A stretch of 64,000 nt of DNA from a virus, in the IMG/VR virus record IMGVR_UViG_3300042516_005163, positions 1-64,000 of that record; one strand, written 5' to 3'. Both the position numbers and the translations under genes were made by a program. Below, in pieces: positions 21,634 to 30,981 of this stretch (position 1 is its first letter; every line of letters begins with the position of its first letter). The notes under the pieces are model-generated. The model saw only the letters and a list, made by a program, of their open reading frames with translations. It was not told the origin of the DNA and ran no database searches.

Positions 21634-23031
21634 ATGTTAATTTATTCACATTCAACCCCAGATATTTTAACAGCAACAATTCGTAGTGTTGATGATGTTA
21701 AAAACTCGGAGTATTGTGGTCTTGTTGGTCCTAATTTTCCTGAAGATGTGATGGCTTTAGATGGTGATAATTTAGTTATTGCTGACGAACCAGATAAACT
21801 TAATAGAGAGATTGCAGTAGCAATTGCTTTTAATTCAGTACAAGATTGTGAAAGTGCAAAACAATTTGTGCGTTTATTTTTACTGAATGCACCCACTATG
21901 GATGTTGCCACTATTTTGTATTATAAAGATAGAATATCTAATGGTCCGTTTGCTGATTGTGTGGGAGAGTATTCACAAGCAGCTATTGAAGCGTCGTCAT
22001 TTGGTGTACCAAGTAATACCTCAGTATTTGGTGGTTCACCACGTGATACAAGTTTTCTCAATACTCTTAAAAACGCATTATTGGATTGTTTGAATGCCCC
22101 TTGTGATTATTTCAATGGGGGTGGCACGTATGGGTTTTTAGGAATGAATACACCAGGTGTAACAGGTGGTGTTGATAGCCCACCACCTATTGATGATATT
22201 TTAACATTCAATAAAATACCTGAAACGTTTCAACAAGTGAGTGCAACTCTTTCTGTTCAAACCAAGCTTACTATGTCTAAAATCAAAAACGTTTTTAAGT
22301 CAAAGGATCAGCGAATACAAGAAGAAGAGTTAATTCTTGCAGGTAAAACACCACCACCAGTGGTACCAACCGCAACAAGCATTTCATTAAAGAGTATATT
22401 ACCTGATAATATTGTAGATGGTATGAAAAAATTATTAGCACCAACAAAGATTCAAAATGTTTTATCAGCAAATCTTGGTGATTGTTTTAGAATACAAGAC
22501 TATCAGAGAAAATATAACCCATATACATATACAAAAACAGGTGGGTCAAATGGTGAAAGTATTGGGCCGCGACCTGCAACTGGTATACCTGAAAAAACAG
22601 TGAACCGTGGTAAGAGCGGTAGGAGTGGTATTGATTATACACCACCACCTGGTCTTAGAGGTTATGGTGGTGCTGGTATTGCTACAGTATTTGGATTGGA
22701 TTATGATGGTAAAATAGATAGTCAGGATAATGGTATAGGTGCATTTGGTCAAAAAACAGCCAATAAACAGATAGAAGGCGTTTCAATACCTTTTGGAACA
22801 GCATTGCAATGGTTTGGAAAAGATTATAGAAATTATATAAGAAAAAATAAACCTTTAGTTGAAATAACAAACAACATGGGTAAAACAGTCCGAGTTCCTA
22901 TTGTTGATTTGGGTCCTGCAGCTTGGACAAAAAATGACTTAGATTTAACATACAAAACAGCTCGTGATCTACAAACAAAAGGTAAAGCTACGGTAACATA
23001 TAGATTAGTTAACCCACCATCCAATCAATGA
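21634..23031 (+). CDS. Baseplate-associated protein with C-terminal RlpA-like double-psi beta-barrel (lytic transglycosylase-like) domain
   Basis: GIATVFG...VEITNNMGKTVRVPIVDLGPAAWTKNDLDLTYKTARDL matches the RlpA/DPBB consensus V.V.I.D.GP....DL...A..L. Confidence 0.65.
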   Translation: MLIYSHSTPDILTATIRSVDDVKNSEYCGLVGPNFPEDVMALDGDNLVIADEPDKLNREIAVAIAFNSVQDCESAKQFVRLFLLNAPTMDVATILYYKDRISNGPFADCVGEYSQAAIEASSFGVPSNTSVFGGSPRDTSFLNTLKNALLDCLNAPCDYFNGGGTYGFLGMNTPGVTGGVDSPPPIDDILTFNKIPETFQQVSATLSVQTKLTMSKIKNVFKSKDQRIQEEELILAGKTPPPVVPTATSISLKSILPDNIVDGMKKLLAPTKIQNVLSANLGDCFRIQDYQRKYNPYTYTKTGGSNGESIGPRPATGIPEKTVNRGKSGRSGIDYTPPPGLRGYGGAGIATVFGLDYDGKIDSQDNGIGAFGQKTANKQIEGVSIPFGTALQWFGKDYRNYIRKNKPLVEITNNMGKTVRVPIVDLGPAAWTKNDLDLTYKTARDLQTKGKATVTYRLVNPPSNQ

Positions 23032-23972
23032 TTCCAGCATTTACAAAATTTACTTCAGTACAATTTACAGATACAAATCAGTTGTATTCACTTGAAAAAT
23101 ATTATTCAAACAACGCACCATACGTATCAATGATAGCTGCTCCAGTTATTGAAACTGGTCAATATTTGTATTCGGAAATATTCAAAGACCCAAATGGTAA
23201 TTTAATACCATTTTATGTTACAACAACCAATGTTAATTTATCGTCCACCCCACCATCAACTCCATTTCCTACAAGAATAGATATAGTTTCTGAAAATGCA
23301 GATGCTGTAAAAAATATAGCAGCATTTTTTATTGATTGGCAAGTCGGTGGTTCAACCAATCTCATTGTCAAGCCAACACCGACTGCTCTTGGTATTGTAA
23401 CTGGTATGCCTGGTACAACAGGTCTTATTAAATCATTTGATTTCAATAACTCACCACCACCAGCTACTAAAACACCAATACCACCAACAGCATTAGGTGG
23501 ATCAGGTATTGCAACTAACTACATACCACCTGAGATTGAAGTATTTGGTAATGGTAATCTTAAATTGAGTGATATTGTTTCACTATCATTTACAAAAAAT
23601 CAACAGTTATTTGTATCAGCTGCAACTGCATTTGAACAAATGATAGCTGATGCTAAATTACAAGGAATATCAACACCAACAAAAATTGATATGAGTTATA
23701 TGTCTTATAACGATCAACTTAGAGCATATAATCTTAGACCATCACTCAATCCTGAACCAGGTAAATCGATTTTCGGGTGGGGATTAACATTGCTTTTTAA
23801 TAAGAAAGATCCTAACTTTGCTAATTTTAAAGAATGGCTTAAATTTAACGCATATAAGTATAACATATATGGACTACGTGCAGATCCACGCGATAAATTT
23901 TATGCAAATGGTTTTATAGATGATAAAGATAATCAGTGGGATTATAGAGGTCCTATTGCTTCTTCAGTTTGA
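23028..23972 (+). CDS. Virion protein with a degenerate VanY/M15B D,D-peptidase-like domain
   Basis: AATAFEQMIADAKLQGI...SYMSYNDQ...PGKSIFGWGLTLLF...WLKFNAYKY is the M15B scaffold, but the Zn ligands are missing. Confidence 0.6.
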   Translation: MIPAFTKFTSVQFTDTNQLYSLEKYYSNNAPYVSMIAAPVIETGQYLYSEIFKDPNGNLIPFYVTTTNVNLSSTPPSTPFPTRIDIVSENADAVKNIAAFFIDWQVGGSTNLIVKPTPTALGIVTGMPGTTGLIKSFDFNNSPPPATKTPIPPTALGGSGIATNYIPPEIEVFGNGNLKLSDIVSLSFTKNQQLFVSAATAFEQMIADAKLQGISTPTKIDMSYMSYNDQLRAYNLRPSLNPEPGKSIFGWGLTLLFNKKDPNFANFKEWLKFNAYKYNIYGLRADPRDKFYANGFIDDKDNQWDYRGPIASSV

Positions 23973-24427
23973 ACAGGTGTAACGTCAATTACGTTATCAC
24001 TTTCATCTAATAACTGTTTAATTAGTTCTTCACGACTTAAAAGCAACTTAGTACTGTTATCCATTACATTAAGTTCTTTACGAGCTTTAATATCCATTTC
24101 TTTAAGTTGTGTTGATGATTTAATTCTATCACGGGTCTGAAGTAACTTATTAAGCGATTCTAAAGCTGCGGAAGATGCTTTAACAACTTCTGCAAATGCT
24201 GTAATTTCTTTATCACTTGCACCTGCTTGGATATAATCCTTTAAGTTATCAACCGCTTCCATAGATTGAACAACTAATGTTGCAGATTTGTCGAGAACAA
24301 ACTTTTCCAAATTTTCTGGGGATAGTTCTTGTTGAGATACAGGTGGTGGTGTTTTAGTTGTAAGTGAATTTTGTAATTGATCTAAAATTGAATCACCAAT
24401 TTTATCTAAATCTGCGTCAGGTTCCAT
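23942..24427 (-). CDS. Probable terminase small subunit (T4 gp16-like)
   Basis: AVDNLKDYIQAG..AFAEVVKASSAALESLNKL...LLLSREELIKQLL resembles the gp16 helical pattern. TAAATA lies 6 nt upstream. Confidence 0.55.
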   Translation of the reverse strand: MEPDADLDKIGDSILDQLQNSLTTKTPPPVSQQELSPENLEKFVLDKSATLVVQSMEAVDNLKDYIQAGASDKEITAFAEVVKASSAALESLNKLLQTRDRIKSSTQLKEMDIKARKELNVMDNSTKLLLSREELIKQLLDESDNVIDVTPVQTEEAIGPL

Positions 24428-24514
24428 TTATTGTATTTAGTTAGTTGATTTCAAAAACAACCAAGTTAATATATACAAAGAGATGAATAATACACCTTGA
24501 ATTCAAGTCTAGAT

Positions 24515-24522
24515 TATAAATA
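24515..24522 (+). promoter_or_regulatory. Late promoter TATAAATA of the GIY-YIG endonuclease
   Basis: GATTATAAATAATGATATG; the motif lies 5 nt before ATG 24528. Confidence 0.65.
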
Positions 24523-24527
24523 ATGAT

Positions 24528-25379
24528 ATGGTTATATATAGAACTAAATTTGTTTTGAAATCTGGTGATGTATTTTATTATGTTGGAAAAGATATGAAAA
24601 ATACCAGATCCTATATAGGATCTGGTAAACTGTTACCTTGGTTTATAGAAAACAGTATTTACATACATAAAACAATAATTGGTAAAGCTAATTCTACAGA
24701 GGAACTTACTATACTTGAAAATTATTGGCTACAAAAACTTAATTGTGCAGAACAATGCAATTATTTAAATATTAACGGTTATAGTTCGGGTGGTGTTATT
24801 ATAACTAACAGAAATAAATGGCTAACTTCTTTGCGTTTAGCCACACCTAAGAGGGTGGAAGCTTATAAAAAAACAAGAAATAATTGGTCTAAAGAAAAAA
24901 AGCAAAAGGTTTCGCATAATATTTCTATCGGTGTTAAAAAAGCATTTATAAATACACCTCAACATATAAAAGATTTACGTAAACAAAAAGAGATGAACAC
25001 CAAAGAACAAAGAACACAAGAGCAAAAAAAACACGAAAGTTATCTTAAAAGCCAATCATCAAAACGGGTTGCAAAAGAAAGAGCTTCCGATACAAATAAA
25101 CAAGCAGAATATTCACAGCGTGTATCAGAAGGGGTTAAAAAGTGGCGTAATAGTCTTTCTACAAATGATATTAAAAATATTACATTTAAATACAAAAAAA
25201 CAATGTACACCAAAAATGGGATGTTATCATATGAAGTGCAAATACGTGAAATGATACATAAAAATACAAGTATTGAAATATTTCATTTTTTAAAATCAAA
25301 AAATATTAAGACGCATCATATTTGTGTAAAAAAATTTATTGATTTTTTAATAGATAATCCTATATTGAATTATGATTGA
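24528..25379 (+). mobile_element. Free-standing GIY-YIG (Seg-like) homing endonuclease gene
   Basis: IYRT...YYVGKD....YIGSGKLL...LENYW...YLNI catalytic domain followed by a basic repetitive DNA-binding region. Inserted at the 5' end of dut. Confidence 0.8.
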
Positions 25380-25812
25380 AGTTAAATTCGTTAAAATAAA
25401 CAATAAAGCAAAATTACCAAAATTTAATATTGAGGATCCACTAACAGGTGACATCGGTGCTGATTTATATAGTGTAGAAAATATTACTATCCCTGCAAAC
25501 GGATCTGCTGTAGTGGATGTGGGTCTCAAACTCGGGTTTATCACCCCCGGTTATTATTTTATTATATCTCCGAGATCAGGTTTGGGGTTTAAATATGGTA
25601 TACAACCCCACTTAGGTAGAATTGATAACCAGTATCGAGGTTCGTTAGGAGTTAAACTATTTAACTTTTCAACTTTAGATTATCATGTTACTGAAGGAGA
25701 TAGAGTTGCGCAAATTGAATTTCATAAATTAATACAACCTAAATTTTATTGGGTGGAAAACGCAGAAGATTCAGTTCGTGGTGATAAAGGTTTTGGATCT
25801 TCAGGAAAGTAA
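25372..25812 (+). CDS. dut: Trimeric dUTPase
   Basis: GADLYS, SPRSGLG, GRIDNQYRG, GDRVAQ and RGDKGFGSSG, i.e. all five motifs. Confidence 0.95.
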   Translation: MIEVKFVKINNKAKLPKFNIEDPLTGDIGADLYSVENITIPANGSAVVDVGLKLGFITPGYYFIISPRSGLGFKYGIQPHLGRIDNQYRGSLGVKLFNFSTLDYHVTEGDRVAQIEFHKLIQPKFYWVENAEDSVRGDKGFGSSGK

Positions 25813-25826
25813 ATATAATATTTTAT

Positions 25827-26756
25827 ATGGATTTAAATAAAATCTGGGTAGAAAAATTTAGACCCTCAACCATCGATGAACTCATCGTTGATGAAGATAT
25901 TAAGTCAATTGTAAAGGACTTTGCAAAAGCTGAGCAGATTCCTAATCTGCTATTTGTGGGCTCACCTGGTACGGGTAAAACGAGCTTAGCTAAGATTCTT
26001 GTACATGATGTATTAAAATGCAACTATTTGTATCTTAATGCATCTGATGAAAATGGCATTGATACAATTCGTACCAAAGTAAGCAACTTTTCACAAACTA
26101 AATCGTTTGATGGAAAGGTAAAGGTTGTTATTCTTGATGAGGCAGATGGTATTACCGCACAAGGTCAGCAAGCTTTACGTAATTTGATGGAGAGTTATAG
26201 TGGTTATACTCGATTCATTTTAACTGCAAACTTTAAGCATAAGATCATTACACCTCTTCAATCTCGTTGTCAGAGTTTGAATCTTAAACCATCTTTGGAA
26301 CAAGCAGTCAAACGTTGCTATCATATTCTTAAGCAAGAGAATGTAGATTTAGAAGAAGATCAAAAGCGTAAGTTTGTTGAGTTAATTAAAAATCATTTCC
26401 CTGATTTGCGGAAGACTATCAATGAACTACAAAAGAGTGTTGTTGATGGTAAGCTTGTAATTAAGTGTACAACTATTGATAATGAATTTATTAAAAAGAT
26501 TTTTGAATATATCAAAACTAAAAAGGTTTTAGATGGTCGTAAGTTTATTATCCAAAACGAAGATATATTTCAAAATGATTATCAAACTTTGCTTAAGCAA
26601 ATGTTAGAGTATGTTTATACTGTTGAGGGTGTTGATGAGTTGAAAAAGAAACAGATGATTGCTATTATTGCAAATCACATCTACCAGTCAGTCTTTGCGA
26701 TTGATCTCGAAATTAATGCTTTCAGCTGTTGGATTCAGCTTGAAAGTGTTTGTTAA
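25827..26756 (+). CDS. gp44: Sliding-clamp loader AAA+ subunit (T4 gp44 / RFC small-like)
   Basis: WVEKFRP, GSPGTGKT, LNASDENGIDTIR, ILDEADG, LQSRC and FPDLRKTINELQ. Confidence 0.95.
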   Translation: MDLNKIWVEKFRPSTIDELIVDEDIKSIVKDFAKAEQIPNLLFVGSPGTGKTSLAKILVHDVLKCNYLYLNASDENGIDTIRTKVSNFSQTKSFDGKVKVVILDEADGITAQGQQALRNLMESYSGYTRFILTANFKHKIITPLQSRCQSLNLKPSLEQAVKRCYHILKQENVDLEEDQKRKFVELIKNHFPDLRKTINELQKSVVDGKLVIKCTTIDNEFIKKIFEYIKTKKVLDGRKFIIQNEDIFQNDYQTLLKQMLEYVYTVEGVDELKKKQMIAIIANHIYQSVFAIDLEINAFSCWIQLESVC

Positions 26757-27229
26757 GGTTTTTTCTTACGTTGTTTAATCTTTGAGGTACTAGTCTTTGG
26801 TTTGGTGGTGGGTTGTTGTTTATATACTCCCATCTCGAGTTGATCTTGATAACTATCATTAATAAAAGTATTAACTTCATTGTCATCCAAATACATATTT
26901 GAATTTTGCTTAAGAGATTTCATAGCATTACCATTTTCATTGACCCCATTATTCTTAAGAAAGGTAAATAAATGACGAGCTTGTACATTATCTGCTTTTA
27001 ATCTAAATTGACCTTTAAAACGCTCAAATTGTTGTTTTAATTTAATAATTTCAGTTTGAGCTTGCTTTTCACCTGCTAAACGGTGACCCCAATTTCCAGT
27101 AAATGTTGGTAAAGCTGCAGCAATTTTACGTTTAGCCCAATTACCAAATCTTTGACCCACACTAATTGGTGATGCTTCCTGTATCTGTTGATACTTTTCA
27201 AAAATAAGTTGCGAGTCTTTATCTTTCAT
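26753..27229 (-). CDS. Hypothetical protein, probable capsid-internal protein
   Basis: MKDKDSQLIFEKY..IQE|A N-terminus and a basic C-terminal tail. Confidence 0.5.
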   Translation of the reverse strand: MKDKDSQLIFEKYQQIQEASPISVGQRFGNWAKRKIAAALPTFTGNWGHRLAGEKQAQTEIIKLKQQFERFKGQFRLKADNVQARHLFTFLKNNGVNENGNAMKSLKQNSNMYLDDNEVNTFINDSYQDQLEMGVYKQQPTTKPKTSTSKIKQRKKKP

Positions 27230-27795
27230 TATTTCAACCCTTTTAAATACATTGCAGTGGTAGCTTTTGCAGACTTATTAGGTAGGCTTACGTTTTTATT
27301 TTTGAGAGAACGATCACCAAATCCTAATTTACCTTTACCTTGTGTATCAGAAAGATTAGATTGGTTTTCTTCATCTGATTCAAGTTCTTCTGGTTTGATA
27401 TTCACCTTCTTAACAATTTCTCTTTCCTTTGAAAGAGGCATTAAATTTGGGTATGTGTCAACTTTATCAAGAAGAGAAGGGCAGCAAAGGGTGTAATCAC
27501 TATAACGACCACCACCTTGGTCAAGAGCAATAGTTAACATAAGTTGTACACCATTACCAGCTGGATTTGCAGGTGTTGCAGCAGGCATATAACTCTTATC
27601 ATCAACAACACGAATGTTGAGACCGCTATCAGCCATTGCGTCTAATCTTGCTTTGACGTCATCATTTAGATTCTTGTAATGATCTGCTGACTTGTAGTTG
27701 TCTTTGAACTTAACATAGTCACCAATAAGGAACCCACCTTCACGTTGATAACGTTGATAAACAGATTCAAAAAGTTTTTCGAATTTCTTTTGCAT
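27229..27795 (-). CDS. Hypothetical protein, probable capsid-internal protein (start corrected to ATG 27795)
   Basis: MQKKFEKLFE|S...GGFLIGDYVKFK. TAAATA lies 8 nt upstream, back-to-back with the promoter of 27831. Confidence 0.55.
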   Translation of the reverse strand: MQKKFEKLFESVYQRYQREGGFLIGDYVKFKDNYKSADHYKNLNDDVKARLDAMADSGLNIRVVDDKSYMPAATPANPAGNGVQLMLTIALDQGGGRYSDYTLCCPSLLDKVDTYPNLMPLSKEREIVKKVNIKPEELESDEENQSNLSDTQGKGKLGFGDRSLKNKNVSLPNKSAKATTAMYLKGLK

Positions 27796-27830
27796 TGTAA
27801 ATATATTTATTTGTTCCAATAAATAATCAT

Positions 27831-29279
27831 ATGACATTTGCAGATTTAGCTCAAAAAATTTTAAATGAGGCAACTCCAGATCCAAGAGGTTTAAGGACAT
27901 CATCAGTTGGGAGATCAGATTTCAACCCACAATTACCTTCAGCTTCTAAGAAGCGTTTACCAACAGATAAAGCAGGTATTGGTGGTACATCCACAACAAG
28001 AACTATTCGTAATATTTTCAGACTATTAAAAAATGACAGTGCGTTTTTTGGTGAAATAAATGAAATCCTCAAAAAATATGCTCAAAGACAGCAAGTAAGC
28101 TATGAGTATGAAACTGATATTGTTAATTTGATTCAGCAAGTGCAAGACGGTGAAGATGATTTAATAGCATATAAAAAAGCATATCAAGAACACCAATTAG
28201 GTAGGGGTACACTTGAATCTCCTGAAAAAATTAAAGGTAAAATCAAAGCGTTAGAAAGTGATATTAAGGGTAGCCAAGAAGAATTAAACGATATTTTAAA
28301 GACAATTGAAAAATTCCCTGAAGAAAACGAAGATATGGAATTCACTCTTCGTAATAAGCTTGTAAAAGCTGTTAAAGATGCTGCAAGTAGATTGTTAAAG
28401 GAACTTGAAACACCTGCTGAAAAAGCATCTGAAGTAAAATCATTAGATCAACTTGAACAACTAGTTACAACAGATGAAGAATTACAGCAAAATTCAACCA
28501 AGCAAGCTGTTTTAGATTCACTTACAAAAGACACTGCAAAAGATAACGTTCTTTTGAGATATTTCCAGAATGAGGAAAACAAATATCAGGATTTCATGAA
28601 AGGTCGTTCCCTTTCAGGTAAATTAGCTACTATTGAACAAAATAAACAATTCAATATGTTACCTCTTTCTGCATTTGCTAGATTCTATAATTCTAGTGTT
28701 AAAGATGCAAGTTCTATTAAACTTCTACCAACAACTGCTGGTGCAAAAGCTCTTCAAGGTGGTTTTGCTGGTTCACAAGCTGGTAGAAAAGCTGTTGATA
28801 AATCACTAATCGATTTGAGAAAGTTAGTTGATAGAAATTTTGATAGTAAAGATCAAGGTGTTGAAAGACGCGCATTTGGGTTAATTGATACGTCTTCTGC
28901 ATCACCTGATAAAAAAGACAGACTTAAGCAGGTTGTTACGCAAGTATTGAATGGTGAAACACCACCAGCTACCCTTGCTAATGTTATCTACAATGAATCC
29001 ATTTTCGGATTTGATATGCTTGTTGAAGATTTGTTAACAGAAGCAAAAAAAGGTGCAAGATGCACTAAAGTTACAGGTCAACAACCATCATCTAGACCGA
29101 CAAAAAAATATATGCGGTGCGCAAGAGTTGATGGTAAGCTTAAGAGAATCCACTATGGTGATCCAAACTTAAGAATCAAAAAATCCAACCCTAAAAAGAG
29201 AAAGTCTTTTAGAGCTCGTCATAAATGTTCAACAGCTAAGCCAGGAACTGCTCGTTATTACTCTTGCAAAAATTGGTGA
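27831..29279 (+). CDS. Probable internal head protein: coiled-coil body plus basic Cys-containing C-terminal module
   Basis: MTFADLAQKILNE|A start. C-terminal IHYGDPNLRIKKSNPKKRKSFRARHKC...ARYYSCKNW module of the kind I recall from T4-like aquatic phages. Confidence 0.6.
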   Translation: MTFADLAQKILNEATPDPRGLRTSSVGRSDFNPQLPSASKKRLPTDKAGIGGTSTTRTIRNIFRLLKNDSAFFGEINEILKKYAQRQQVSYEYETDIVNLIQQVQDGEDDLIAYKKAYQEHQLGRGTLESPEKIKGKIKALESDIKGSQEELNDILKTIEKFPEENEDMEFTLRNKLVKAVKDAASRLLKELETPAEKASEVKSLDQLEQLVTTDEELQQNSTKQAVLDSLTKDTAKDNVLLRYFQNEENKYQDFMKGRSLSGKLATIEQNKQFNMLPLSAFARFYNSSVKDASSIKLLPTTAGAKALQGGFAGSQAGRKAVDKSLIDLRKLVDRNFDSKDQGVERRAFGLIDTSSASPDKKDRLKQVVTQVLNGETPPATLANVIYNESIFGFDMLVEDLLTEAKKGARCTKVTGQQPSSRPTKKYMRCARVDGKLKRIHYGDPNLRIKKSNPKKRKSFRARHKCSTAKPGTARYYSCKNW

Positions 29280-29306
29280 TAACTCAATAATTTAATAAAT
29301 AATATT

Positions 29307-29852
29307 ATGCCAGCAAAATCAGAAAAACAACGTAAATTTTTTGGTGCCGTGATGGGTGCAAAAAAAGGTAAAGGTAAAGTAACCGGAGCAGCAAAAAAAG
29401 CTGCTAAAGAAATGCCCGAAAAGGAAATTAAAAAGTTCCTTAAAAAAGAATCTTATGATGATGTGGTAAACAACTATCTCAAAAAATATCTTATTGAAAT
29501 GGATGTAAGACAAGATCCAAGAGAAGTTGAAGGAATTACTGAACACCCTCATGAAGAAGTTACAGCAGATAAAAATGCTGAACAAGAAAATCGTGAGTTT
29601 AACGAGTGGTTAAAACAGAAATTTAAAGACCGTCCAGTATTTTTAAGAAATCTAGCGTATGATCAAGATATGTTGGCGGATTTGTTTTATGATTTCAAAC
29701 AGGAAAGAGCACAAGCACAATCTGGAGAAGAAGATTACGAAGAAGAATGTGAATCAGCTAAAGAAGGTTGTAAGTGTGATAATTGCCCTGAATGTCAAGG
29801 TAATCAAGAGCAGGGTAAACAAATGTTATCATTTTATTTTCCAGGTAAATGA
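29307..29852 (+). CDS. Hypothetical protein with N-terminal DUF3008-like basic module
   Basis: MPAKSEKQRKFFGAVMGAKKG...AKEMPEKEIKKF. The C-terminus is acidic with CxCxxCxxC. Confidence 0.6.
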   Translation: MPAKSEKQRKFFGAVMGAKKGKGKVTGAAKKAAKEMPEKEIKKFLKKESYDDVVNNYLKKYLIEMDVRQDPREVEGITEHPHEEVTADKNAEQENREFNEWLKQKFKDRPVFLRNLAYDQDMLADLFYDFKQERAQAQSGEEDYEEECESAKEGCKCDNCPECQGNQEQGKQMLSFYFPGK

Positions 29853-30199
29853 ACTATAATAAAGTTTATCTCGAATTTATGCAACAGTATACAGGTGAAA
29901 CACCGTATACTAAAGAAGAACTTGAAGCGTTGATTAGTGATTTAAGCGGTATGATTGATAACCCTGAAGTTAAACTTACAAAGGATGAGATCATTAAAAA
30001 GCTTAAAGGTTATATTAACATGCTTAACGATACCCCTGAAAATAAAGAACAACTTGGTAATATTACAGGTGAAACAGTAACAGAAGGTAAAAAAGATGCA
30101 TGTTACCGCAAAGCTAAAGCGAAGTATGATGTCTTTCCTAGCGCTTACGCCAGCGGGTACATTTCAAAATGCCGCAAACGTAAAGGTAAAATTAAATGA
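29849..30199 (+). CDS. Hypothetical protein with C-terminal DUF5872-like basic module
   Basis: VTE|GKKDACYRKAKAKYDVFPSAYASGYISKCRK. Confidence 0.6.
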   Translation: MNYNKVYLEFMQQYTGETPYTKEELEALISDLSGMIDNPEVKLTKDEIIKKLKGYINMLNDTPENKEQLGNITGETVTEGKKDACYRKAKAKYDVFPSAYASGYISKCRKRKGKIK

Positions 30200-30450
30200 T
30201 CACATTTGCTGAATTTTTTACTGAAAACTTACGTGATTGGTTTAAATCTCATCGCGATCCAAAAACTGGTAAAAAATTCAAAGGTTGGATAAACTGTAAG
30301 ACAGGGGGTCCTTGCGGTAGAAACGACACTAATAAAGGTTCTTACCCTGCATGTCGTCCTACGAGACAACAATGCAAAAAGATAAAAGGTAAGATGTATA
30401 AGAAAAAAGGACCAAAACGTGTACAATGGAAGAGTAAGAAGAAAGACTAG
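30196..30450 (+). CDS. Small basic Cys-containing protein (DUF5872-like), probable internal protein
   Basis: MITFAEFFTE|NLRDWFK...GWINCKTGGPCGR...YPACRP. Confidence 0.6.
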   Translation: MITFAEFFTENLRDWFKSHRDPKTGKKFKGWINCKTGGPCGRNDTNKGSYPACRPTRQQCKKIKGKMYKKKGPKRVQWKSKKKD

Positions 30451-30468
30451 CTATTAAATATAATATAA

Positions 30469-30981
30469 ATGGCTGTCAAATTAGACTTCTTACAAACAAC
30501 ACCAGCGGTAGTTGCTGCACCAACCCAGCAAACACAGCAAATTAGTTATTTGTATAAAGATCTCTTGTTAGATCTTTTATTAGCTTATACTAGAAGCCCA
30601 GAGTTATTAAAAAATCAAGAAGTAAAAGATGCAACACCTATATATGATTTTAGAGCTGTAAGTCAGTCTTTAAAAAACTTGTTTAGCACGCTACCTGGTC
30701 AAAAAATATTAAATCCACTATACGGATTAGACTTAAGAAAATATCTATTTGAAAATGTTAGTACATCTGTTGGTTATATTATTGGACTAGAGTTATATGA
30801 CGTTGTACCAATTTTCGAGCCACGTGTTGCAATTACAAATATTGATGTAATTGCAGACCCTGAAAATAATCAGTATGTTATAGATATTACATATGTTGTA
30901 CCAACGTTGCAAGTGGGTGTTGATACAAAAGCACAGCAGGTTAAAGTAACATTAAATCAAAACGGATTCACATTAGTATGA
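30469..30981 (+). CDS. gp25: Baseplate wedge subunit (T4 gp25-like)
   Basis: YKDLLLDL, AVSQSLKNLFST.PGQKILNPLYG.DLRKYLFE and FEPRV. Confidence 0.9.
   Translation: MAVKLDFLQTTPAVVAAPTQQTQQISYLYKDLLLDLLLAYTRSPELLKNQEVKDATPIYDFRAVSQSLKNLFSTLPGQKILNPLYGLDLRKYLFENVSTSVGYIIGLELYDVVPIFEPRVAITNIDVIADPENNQYVIDITYVVPTLQVGVDTKAQQVKVTLNQNGFTLV

Noticed and set aside
24483-25379. Group I intron in dut
   Set aside because: Under 30 nt of non-coding sequence lies upstream of the endonuclease and none downstream, so there is no room for a ribozyme core.
27796-27903. ORF-track N-terminal extensions (27903, 7915, 43036, 48195, 52120, 53217, 58806, 61386)
   Set aside because: They overlap neighbouring genes or promoters. 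Downstream starts fit the TAAATA/TATAAT spacing or the domain boundaries better.
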